From assembly GCA_945889315.1 (NCBI GenBank), contig CAMDBP010000001.1, positions 45,005-109,004 on the forward strand: a stretch of 64,000 nt of DNA, written 5' to 3'. Shown piece after piece: positions 44,182 to 52,520 of the stretch; position 1 is the first letter of the stretch, and each line of letters opens with the position of its first letter. Source of the DNA: Chitinophaga pinensis (GTDB lineage: Bacteria; Bacteroidota; Bacteroidia; NS11-12g; UBA9320). A program made the translations under genes and the position numbers. The notes below the pieces were generated by a model that saw nothing but the letters and a program-made list of their open reading frames with translations, searched no databases and had not been told where the DNA came from.

Positions 44182-45285
44182 ATGAATATAGGAATAGTAT
44201 GTTACCCCACGTATGGAGGCAGTGGTGTGGTTGCCACTGAACTAGGTAAGGCATTGGCAGTTAAAGGAAATAACGTACATTTTATATCGTATGATCAACC
44301 TGTTAGATTGGATGCATTTGCTCAAAATATTTACTATCACGAAGTAAGCATTAACAACTATCCATTATTTAAATATGCCCCATACGAGATAGCGCTAACC
44401 AGCAAAATAGTCGACATTGTAAAGGCCCATAAAATAGAAGTATTGCATGTTCACTATGCTATTCCGCATGCTGCTGCAGCTGTTACAGCCAAACATATAT
44501 TAGCACGTGAAGGAATACAGATTAAAATAATAACAACACTGCACGGAACAGATATTACGTTAGTTGGTAAAGACAAGTCTTACGAACCCGTAGTAACCTA
44601 TTCCCTTCAAGAGAGCGATGTAGTTACTGCCGTTTCAGAAAGTTTAAAGAAAGACACCTACTCGTTTTTTAACTACAGTGGAGAGATTCACGTGGTACCC
44701 AACTTTATCGACTTTGAGCGATTCAATAAGCAACCGAAAGATCACTTCAAAAAAGGGATTGCTCCGAATGGAGAAAAAATTTTGGTGCACACCTCTAATT
44801 TTAGAAGAGTAAAAAGAGTACCAGATGTGCTTGACATTTATAGAAGAGTCGCTTCCAAAATACCCGCAAAACTTCTTTTAATTGGCGATGGTCCAGAAAG
44901 GGCCAGCATTGAGGAAGAATGTCGTAATTGTGATATATGTTCAGACGTTATTTTTCTTGGAAAACAAGAAGCAGTTGAAGAAATATTAAGTGTAGCAGAC
45001 CTATTTCTTATACCGTCAGAAACTGAAAGTTTTGGTCTAGCAGCACTCGAAGCTATGGCGTGTGAAGTCCCCGTAATAAGTACAAACACCGGAGGTTTAC
45101 CAGAAGTCAATATTGACGGAGTAACCGGCTTTACAAGCAACATTGGAGATACAGAAAAAATGGCTGCGGATGCACTAACCATCCTGCACGATTATAACCT
45201 TGCTCTGTTCAAAGCGAGAGCAAAAGAGCATTCACTAAATTACAAATTAAAAAATATACTCCCTTTGTACGAGGCACTATACTAA
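44182..45285 (+). CDS. bshA: N-acetyl-alpha-D-glucosaminyl L-malate synthase BshA (GT4 glycosyltransferase, bacillithiol biosynthesis)
   Basis: '[37 protein letters not shown]' is the characteristic BshA N-terminus. C-terminal GT4 '[28 protein letters not shown]' region. Confidence 0.8.
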   Translation: [367 protein letters not shown]

Positions 45286-45323
45286 AAAAACGATACGTTA
45301 TGTTAATCACATAACCTTTCACC

Positions 45324-45845
45324 ATGAGATTTACGCTACTTATATTATGCTGCTCCTTCATAGGAACTCTTGTTGCCCAAACAGATTCTATAGATAACGC
45401 AAAATCCAGGTATTCCGATAGTACTGAAATAAAAAACATTTGTTCAAAGCTCCAAATACCTGCCAATCTTGAAGCAAGTAATGATATATTAAACTTTATC
45501 ACAGATTGGATTGGCACCCCTTATTGTTATGGCGGAAAGACAAAAAAATGTACGGATTGTTCAGGTTTCACGACTAATCTATACATGACAATCTTTAAAA
45601 AAAATATACCTCGAAGCTCTCGAGAAATATTTAATAATTGTTTACCCCTTTCCCAACACGCCTTGTATGAAGGGGATTTAGTCTTTTTTGCAACCTCTGG
45701 TGGAAATGTTATATCACATGTTGGAGTCTATCTTTGGGACGGGTTTTTTGTACATTCAAGTACTAGTCAAGGGGTCATTATTAGCAACTTAAAACAAGGC
45801 TATTACCAGAAAACATATGTCAGTGGAGGTGCTTGGCTTGATTAA
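45324..45845 (+). CDS. NlpC/P60 (C40) family cell-wall peptidase, secreted
   Basis: Signal peptide. Catalytic Cys 'GKTKKCTDCSGFTTNLY' and His 'ISHVGVYLWDGFFVHSS'. Confidence 0.8.
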   Translation: MRFTLLILCCSFIGTLVAQTDSIDNAKSRYSDSTEIKNICSKLQIPANLEASNDILNFITDWIGTPYCYGGKTKKCTDCSGFTTNLYMTIFKKNIPRSSREIFNNCLPLSQHALYEGDLVFFATSGGNVISHVGVYLWDGFFVHSSTSQGVIISNLKQGYYQKTYVSGGAWLD

Positions 45846-45953
45846 AAACAACTAGGCTCCAGAACAAATAATAACTAAACTATAGGCTTAGACTTGCGCT
45901 CCAAAACTGTTGTAGTCAACTAAATAAGATTACTATTTTAATTTGATTCTTGT

Positions 45954-46508
45954 CTACTTAGTGATGGTAAACTCTACATCCGAAGTAGCATCGATGGTAA
46001 AGAATTGAACTGGAATTTGTGTCGTAAAACTACCTGAGAATACTATTTTACTGCTTGTACTACTCAAAACGGCTATCGATTTTCCACCGTCATCTGTCAA
46101 CGTAATTTTCCCATTCGTTTCTACCCAAGTGCCTGCAGAAGTTTGTTTATTAACCGGCGCCGTTTGTGCTTGACTTTGTCCGCCGAAAACAGCATCAATA
46201 TTGGCTGTAAATGCAACCTCTGTCGTGTATCTATTTGGTTTTTCTGTAATCACAACTTTGCCTACTATTTCTGAACCTTTACCGGTAAAAGTTCCTACAT
46301 CATTGCCCATAACATTTAAAATTCCATTCTTCAAATCTATGTTTGTGTAGTTCCATGTACCAACATACGGACTAACTTTAACCTCGCTTCCACCTGTTCC
46401 AGTGGTATCTGTTGTAGTATCATCTACTATCGGCAATGGCGGTTTTTTACAACTTTGAGATCCAAAAACAAATAAAGTTACGGCGATGATTAGAAATATA
46501 TTTTTCAT
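45954..46508 (-). CDS. Hypothetical lipoprotein (beta-rich, lipocalin-like)
   Basis: 184 aa, lipobox (FGSQSC), Thr/Gly-rich linker, then alternating-strand beta-rich domain (lipocalin-like). Confidence 0.45.
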   Translation of the reverse strand: MKNIFLIIAVTLFVFGSQSCKKPPLPIVDDTTTDTTGTGGSEVKVSPYVGTWNYTNIDLKNGILNVMGNDVGTFTGKGSEIVGKVVITEKPNRYTTEVAFTANIDAVFGGQSQAQTAPVNKQTSAGTWVETNGKITLTDDGGKSIAVLSSTSSKIVFSGSFTTQIPVQFFTIDATSDVEFTITK

Positions 46509-46534
46509 TTAAGTAGGGCTAAAATAATACATTT

Positions 46535-47260
46535 TTACGTATTCCAAATATCCCAGGATTTATCCGCTTGTATTTCAAGCATTTCCAATCCATTTTCAAT
46601 TTTAGCTCCTTGCTCTTTTGCCCTTTGGAGGAATACGGTTTCCGCTGGCGTATATATCAAATCAAAACAAACATGTTTTTTAGAAATGGCAGAGTAAGGT
46701 ATATTCACACACTCATCCATCTTCGCAAGACTACCTAGCGGAGTAGTGTTGATTAGCAGGTTGTGTTCTTTGATATCCTCTTCTGCTAAGTCACTGTAGG
46801 AGTAGTCTACCAGATTACCGCGCGACACCGTCGCATGAGGTATTCCGAGTTGCTTTAGCGCGTATCTTACCGCATTTGAGCTGCCACCCGTACCAAAAAT
46901 AAGTGCATAGTTAAAATAAGGATGCAAGTGCTTTCTGATACTATTCCTAAAACCTATAAAATCTGTATTATCGCCTATCCAACCATTATCCGTTACTGTA
47001 ACGGTGTTCACAGCCTTCATAGCTTTAGCCGCTTCGCTCATTCCCGAAAGGAAGGGTATTATCTCTTGTTTAAAGGGTATCGTAACATTAAAACCCAGCA
47101 AATTTTCATCCTTTACTAAGTCCTTAATACCCGATAAGTTCTCCATTTCATAAGCCTTGTAGTGACAATCTGAAAGTCCGAGTGCTTCAAATTTTTGTTC
47201 GAAGTAACGGGGAGAAAAAGAATGCTTTACAGGAAATCCGATTACACCATAATTTCTCAT
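46535..47260 (-). CDS. aroE: Shikimate 5-dehydrogenase
   Basis: 'YGVIGFPVKHSFSPRYFEQKF' substrate-binding N-terminus. NADP Rossmann 'IFGTGGSSNAVRYAL'. Confidence 0.85.
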   Translation of the reverse strand: MRNYGVIGFPVKHSFSPRYFEQKFEALGLSDCHYKAYEMENLSGIKDLVKDENLLGFNVTIPFKQEIIPFLSGMSEAAKAMKAVNTVTVTDNGWIGDNTDFIGFRNSIRKHLHPYFNYALIFGTGGSSNAVRYALKQLGIPHATVSRGNLVDYSYSDLAEEDIKEHNLLINTTPLGSLAKMDECVNIPYSAISKKHVCFDLIYTPAETVFLQRAKEQGAKIENGLEMLEIQADKSWDIWNT

Positions 47261-48213
47261 GATTCTGCTACACTGTACTTATCCATGAGGTAAATAATCC
47301 CAATGGCAATACACATAAGCGCAATAGCACCCCCTAAATGGGGATCGTTTCCATACAAAAAATTTTCTGATAGCTCAGCAAAAGTGGAAGGAAGTACACT
47401 TTCTGAAAACAACACTTGTTCTACCCCTTTGCTATTCAATCTGGTTTCCAACACCTGTTGCCAAGGCCATACTTTGTTAAGCGAACCTATTAAAAATCCT
47501 GTAAGTAAAGCCATTGTAGGATTTGGATATTTTTTAAACGTAAAGGTAAGCACGCGTGCAAAGCTCAGAAGTCCTACAATCATTCCCACTCCAAATACGA
47601 TTACAACTATAGTACTTGGCCCAAAAGGGTGATGGGTAGTTTCCTCTACCGCAGGCATTATGATGGTATACATTCCCATAAGCAAAAGCACAAAACTCCC
47701 TGATATACCAGGTAACATAAGCGCAGAAACACCAATTATACCAGCCACAAAAACCATAAGTAAATGCTCACTTCCTTGTGAAGGTGCCGCAACAGTTACC
47801 CAATAAACTACCACTGTGCCCACTATCGCAAGCATTATTTCCAATAATCCCCATTTTTTCACTTCCTTACCTATCATTGGGATGCTGGCCAAAATTAAAC
47901 CAAAGAAAAAGCTCCAAATAAGTACAGGATGTGTTTCCAGCAGACCTACTATTATTTTAAGCCCCAGTATAAAACCCATGGCCATACCCGAGAGTAACTT
48001 GACTAAAAAAGCGCCATCCATTTTTTGCCACACTGCTTTGACACCTCCATCCTTAAAAACATCTATCAAATCTACATTGATAGCACTGATCGCATTGAGC
48101 AATCGCTCATAAATTCCGGTGATAAATGCTAATGTTCCTCCAGATACTCCTGGAATAACCTCTGCGACACCCATAGCCGCACCCTTTAGCATTGTTTGAA
48201 TGGTTTCTTTCAT
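47257..48213 (-). CDS. DUF368 family membrane protein
   Basis: 'GAAMGVAEVIPGVSGGTLAFITGIYERL' signature. Two homologous halves, multi-TM. 4-nt ATGA overlap with aroE. Confidence 0.8.
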   Translation of the reverse strand: MKETIQTMLKGAAMGVAEVIPGVSGGTLAFITGIYERLLNAISAINVDLIDVFKDGGVKAVWQKMDGAFLVKLLSGMAMGFILGLKIIVGLLETHPVLIWSFFFGLILASIPMIGKEVKKWGLLEIMLAIVGTVVVYWVTVAAPSQGSEHLLMVFVAGIIGVSALMLPGISGSFVLLLMGMYTIIMPAVEETTHHPFGPSTIVVIVFGVGMIVGLLSFARVLTFTFKKYPNPTMALLTGFLIGSLNKVWPWQQVLETRLNSKGVEQVLFSESVLPSTFAELSENFLYGNDPHLGGAIALMCIAIGIIYLMDKYSVAES

Positions 48214-48271
48214 AAAATTTGGACAAATGTACTAACTCATTGTCAGTTCCGTTTTACTTTTGCGATACCGA

Positions 48272-48400
48272 ATGAAAAAAACCTTTGCTATTCTTTTATT
48301 AGGCTTGAGCCTTATCTTAATTTTTGACAGCTGTAAAGCTAAAAAAAGGTACAGATATAAAGGCCCGAGCAGAGGTTGCGATTGCCCCACGGGCCGTTGA
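48272..48400 (+). CDS. Small ORF (42 aa): putative lipoprotein-type signal peptide plus a short basic Cys-containing peptide
   Basis: ATG...TGA: MKKTFAILLLGLSLILIFDSCKAKKRYRYKGPSRGCDCPTGR. Below the ORF-track size cutoff. Sits in the 190-bp gap between the DUF368 start and the OMP stop. Confidence 0.3.
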   Translation: MKKTFAILLLGLSLILIFDSCKAKKRYRYKGPSRGCDCPTGR

Positions 48401-48402
48401 TG

Positions 48403-49527
48403 CTAGCCTAGATTCAACTTACGCTTTCCCGAAGTAAAATGCCATCTTAGGTAGTTTTCCATGGTAACATCCACCTTATTGGGTTGTACGTTGTAGTTAA
48501 ATCCTAGTCGGTTTAAAAACACCAAGTGTTTCCCAATAGTTACCTCATAACCCACTCTCGCTCCTATCATCTTTCGATAATTATGGATTACCGGAAAACT
48601 TTTATTGCCAACCGAATGATAAAGCTGCTCTCCCCACGGCGCTTGAAATTGGTAACTATCCCAATAGTTAAGGACAAACTGATATTCTTTATGGGTTAAT
48701 CTAAGTACTCCTAACTGACCTACCCCGTCTATAATCCCATGTACTTTGTCATTGCTTCTGTCTTCATAAAAAGCAGCGTGACCAGCTACAAATAAGTTTG
48801 TATGTTCATTAAAAAAGTGCGTGTATTCTAGTCCATAGGCGAAATTATATTCTACAGAATTTGGGGTACTATTTACGTCTATTTCACCTGCGCTGTGCAC
48901 TGTCATTCCTTGTGCGTTTAAGCTTAATTTATTTTTTGCATTATGTATAGGATTAAGATAAACGTTATACCCCGCCACAAAACGCTCATTTTTTGTGTCT
49001 TTATCGTAAATCATGTCGTGCCAATCAATCCAAGCGTCATATGTCAGTACTTTCCCTGGTTTGGTGATTTGTAATCCTTGTTCAAAACGGTCTGTAATCA
49101 CTTTCTCATAATCATACAGCGGCTCTATCATTTTGTGCTGCAAGGTTCCATTCAAACTACCGAAAACAATATTGTGCTTTAGCACCCCTTCATACGTAAA
49201 TTTAAAATACGGTTCAATGCTCTTAATCTCCGGATTACCAAAATCATATCGCATGTTAAAACCCCCGTAAATTTGAGCTTTTTCATTAAATGAATATTGA
49301 ACATACGGCAATATTTGAAACCCAATGTACGTAGACCCTTTATCTATTTGCGAGAGATACTCTGCATTGCGGAAGTAACTCATTTGGTCTACATGCACCA
49401 ACATGTGTGAAGAATCAATGCTATGTTCGTACTTGTCATTATCAAAAAATGAATTTTCATATTGAGCGAACACATTGGTGCACACTATCAAACTAACTAG
49501 AACAGCCGAGAATTTATTAAATAACAT
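48403..49527 (-). CDS. Hypothetical outer-membrane beta-barrel protein
   Basis: Signal peptide (LIVCTNVFAQ). Aromatic-rich alternating strands. Ends '...KRKLNLG'. Confidence 0.45.
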   Translation of the reverse strand: MLFNKFSAVLVSLIVCTNVFAQYENSFFDNDKYEHSIDSSHMLVHVDQMSYFRNAEYLSQIDKGSTYIGFQILPYVQYSFNEKAQIYGGFNMRYDFGNPEIKSIEPYFKFTYEGVLKHNIVFGSLNGTLQHKMIEPLYDYEKVITDRFEQGLQITKPGKVLTYDAWIDWHDMIYDKDTKNERFVAGYNVYLNPIHNAKNKLSLNAQGMTVHSAGEIDVNSTPNSVEYNFAYGLEYTHFFNEHTNLFVAGHAAFYEDRSNDKVHGIIDGVGQLGVLRLTHKEYQFVLNYWDSYQFQAPWGEQLYHSVGNKSFPVIHNYRKMIGARVGYEVTIGKHLVFLNRLGFNYNVQPNKVDVTMENYLRWHFTSGKRKLNLG

Positions 49528-49632
49528 TAAAATTTAACAGAATTAGATGCAAATAAGCAACTTTGTAGCGTTATATCATAGCAATACGTCTAATGGCATA
49601 TTAATTGTAAGCCTAGCTAGACACAAAGTAAG

Positions 49633-50427
49633 ATGAACCAACTAAAATTTTTATCACTTCTCTCTCTCCTCGTACTAAGCAGCTCTTATACTTCAGAGAG
49701 TACTCAATATACTCAACTACGTGTTACTAAAAACATTGCCTTTAACTATGGGGAAGAACTAAAGTATAGGGTACACTATGGGTGGATAAACGCCGCAGAT
49801 GTAAGCGTTACCGTAGATGCTAAACCCACTATGATCAAAGGAAGACCTACTTTTAAAGTATCTGCCTTTGGCAAAACCTACAAATCCTTTGATTGGGCCT
49901 TTAAAGTACGCGATAACTTTGTAAGCTATATTGACAGTCAGAGTGTTGCACCGCTCAAGTACTGGAAAAAAGTGCAAGAAGACAACTATAAAGACGAAGA
50001 CTTGGTGTATTATGACCATGAAAAAAAATGGTTAACCGGCAAAAAAAAGAATATGGAGATGCCAGCCTACTTGCAAGATATTGTAAGTGGTATTTTCTAC
50101 GCACGTACCATTGATTTTAGCAAGGCTACCGTGGGACAATCATTCCCATTAGACATTTATCTGGATCAACAGATATACAATCTACAGTTTAAATATATGG
50201 GTACCGAAACCATCAAAACAGATTTAGGCAAAATAAACTGTTACAAGCTAAGACCACAGCTGGTCGTAGATCGTGTTTTCAAAGACGAGGACGACATGAC
50301 CATTTGGGTGAGTGCCGATGCCAACAAGATACCCGTGCGTGTAGAAGCAGCCATCTATGTGGGCAGTGTAAAGATAGATATTACAAGTGCTAGCGGTTTG
50401 AAGAATGCTTTTACAAGTAAGCGATAA
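49633..50427 (+). CDS. DUF3108 domain protein (secreted)
   Basis: Signal peptide. 'FNYGEELKYRVHYGWINAADVSVTVD' matches the DUF3108 N-terminal core. Confidence 0.55.
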   Translation: MNQLKFLSLLSLLVLSSSYTSESTQYTQLRVTKNIAFNYGEELKYRVHYGWINAADVSVTVDAKPTMIKGRPTFKVSAFGKTYKSFDWAFKVRDNFVSYIDSQSVAPLKYWKKVQEDNYKDEDLVYYDHEKKWLTGKKKNMEMPAYLQDIVSGIFYARTIDFSKATVGQSFPLDIYLDQQIYNLQFKYMGTETIKTDLGKINCYKLRPQLVVDRVFKDEDDMTIWVSADANKIPVRVEAAIYVGSVKIDITSASGLKNAFTSKR

Positions 50428-50517
50428 TTTAAATTTAACAGTCTAAAAGGATACAAAAAGTCTGCAATCATAAAATTGTGGACTTTTCTTATTTACATAC
50501 CTTTACCGCTTTAAATA

Positions 50518-52404
50518 ATGAACTACTTAAACGGCGAAAACCTGAGCAAAGACCTTGGCGAGCGCATACTCTTCAAAGACCTAGATATCAGTATTAATAA
50601 AGGTGATAAAATAGCGCTAGTTGCCAATAACGGCACAGGTAAAAGTTCGTTACTGAAAATATTGGCTCACGCTGAGCAACCCGATAATGGGATAGTACGA
50701 TTGAGAAAAGGACTGCGGTCTGCCTACTTACCTCAAGAACCTATTTTTGACGAAGGAACAATTCAAAACCTCATAGACCATAGCAGTTCGCATATAATGG
50801 CAACCATACGGGCGTATGAGGCTTCTCTAGAAGCACAAACTGAAGATTACAATACAGAAACCCAAAGAGCCTTTGAGCACGCTTCTGCGGCTATGGATGA
50901 GGCCGATGCGTGGGATTTTGAGCGGAAACTAAAAGAACTGCTTACCCGTTTTACTATTACCAACTATGACCAGCAAATAAGTTCGCTAAGTGGCGGACAA
51001 AAAAAACGACTCGCCATCAGTTTGGCCATACTCCAAAATCCCGATTTACTGCTACTTGATGAGCCTACCAATCACCTAGACTTGGACATGATAGAATGGC
51101 TAGAGAAATACTTGAGCAATTCTAACATGAGTATCTTAATGGTAAGTCACGACCGCTACTTTCTAGACTCGGTGTGCAACCAAATCGTAGAAATGGTAGA
51201 CGGCAGATTGCAATATTATACAGGCAATTACGCTTATTACTTAGAGAAAAAAGCCGAAATGGAAGCTGCAAATGCTTCTGAAATAGGAAAGGCTCAACAG
51301 CTCATGAATAAAGAGTTGGAATGGATGCGCAGAAGCCCAAAGGCGCGAACTACTAAATCTAAATCGCGAATTTCGGCTTATTACGAAACCGAAGCAAAAG
51401 CCAAAAGCGGCAAAAAGACACAAGACCTAGAACTGGCCGTAAAAATGACACGCATTGGCGGCAAAATACTCGAACTCAAAAAAGTACATAAAAGCTATGG
51501 TGATAATGTCATTTTAAAAGGACTGGACTACACCTTTAAAAAAGGAGAACGTATTGGCATAGTAGGTAAAAATGGCTGTGGCAAGTCTACTTTCCTGAAT
51601 ATGATAATGGACTTAGAACAGCCAGATAGTGGGAAGATAAACAGAGGCGATACCATCGTGTTTGGCTATTACAGCCAAGATGGGATGAAGCACCTTAAAC
51701 CTGAAAAAAGGGTTATAGACGTGCTCAAAGATGTAGCCGAGGTAATCACACTTGCAGACGGAGCAACTGTTACCGCAAGCCAAATGTTGAACCTATTCCT
51801 TTTTCCACCGCAAATGCAACATCAGTTTGTAGAGAAACTGAGTGGTGGAGAGAAGAGACGTTTGTATTTACTCACTGTGCTTATGCTAAATCCAAATTTT
51901 CTTATTTTGGATGAGCCTACCAATGATTTAGACATTTTGACGCTCAATAAGTTAGAGGATTTTCTAGCGGATTTTGGAGGTTGTATTTTACTGGTAAGTC
52001 ACGACAGGTATTTCTTAGATCGTATAGTGGAGCATATATTTGTGTTCGAGGGTCAAGGAGAAATAAAAGACTATAACGGCAGCTACACCGAGTACAGATT
52101 AGAACAAGAAGAACAAGCCAAGCAAGATAAGAAAGACGCTAAAGCGGCACCCTTAGTGTTAGAAAAATCCAAGACTGAAGCGCCTAAGCTTAAACTTAGT
52201 TTTAAAGAAAAATACGAATTGGAAACCTTGGAAAAAGAATTGGAAGATTTAGAAACCGAGAAAGAGCAATTAGAATCTCAACTAGCTAATAATCCTTCAG
52301 ATTTTGACATCATCGCTAAAGCAAGCGAACGATTGGGAACAATACTCCAAGAAATCACCACTAAATCTGACCGGTGGCTGATTTTAAGTGAATACGAAAG
52401 CTAG
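50518..52404 (+). CDS. ABC-F family ATPase (tandem ABC domains, no TMD; EttA/Uup/YheS class)
   Basis: Two Walker A (GANGTGKSSL; GKNGCGKST). Two signatures (LSGGQKKRL; LSGGEKRRL). Two Walker B (LLLDEPTNHLD; LILDEPTNDLD). C-terminal coiled-coil. Confidence 0.9.
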   Translation: MNYLNGENLSKDLGERILFKDLDISINKGDKIALVANNGTGKSSLLKILAHAEQPDNGIVRLRKGLRSAYLPQEPIFDEGTIQNLIDHSSSHIMATIRAYEASLEAQTEDYNTETQRAFEHASAAMDEADAWDFERKLKELLTRFTITNYDQQISSLSGGQKKRLAISLAILQNPDLLLLDEPTNHLDLDMIEWLEKYLSNSNMSILMVSHDRYFLDSVCNQIVEMVDGRLQYYTGNYAYYLEKKAEMEAANASEIGKAQQLMNKELEWMRRSPKARTTKSKSRISAYYETEAKAKSGKKTQDLELAVKMTRIGGKILELKKVHKSYGDNVILKGLDYTFKKGERIGIVGKNGCGKSTFLNMIMDLEQPDSGKINRGDTIVFGYYSQDGMKHLKPEKRVIDVLKDVAEVITLADGATVTASQMLNLFLFPPQMQHQFVEKLSGGEKRRLYLLTVLMLNPNFLILDEPTNDLDILTLNKLEDFLADFGGCILLVSHDRYFLDRIVEHIFVFEGQGEIKDYNGSYTEYRLEQEEQAKQDKKDAKAAPLVLEKSKTEAPKLKLSFKEKYELETLEKELEDLETEKEQLESQLANNPSDFDIIAKASERLGTILQEITTKSDRWLILSEYES

Positions 52405-52448
52405 CCATCAAATAATCATTCAATGAGCAAAGTAACTACCTGCTCCTT

Positions 52449-52487
52449 GAAGCTTAGTCCTTTCTAAGCTTACGTCTTTTTCTGATA
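52449..52487 (+). terminator. Probable terminator after the ABC-F gene
   Basis: GAAGCTTAG-tccttt-CTAAGCTTAC then GTCTTTTTCTG: 8-9-bp stem, T-run offset by 3 nt. Confidence 0.5.
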
Positions 52488-52520
52488 TACTTGATGACAA
52501 GTAATACGATAAGTGGCATG

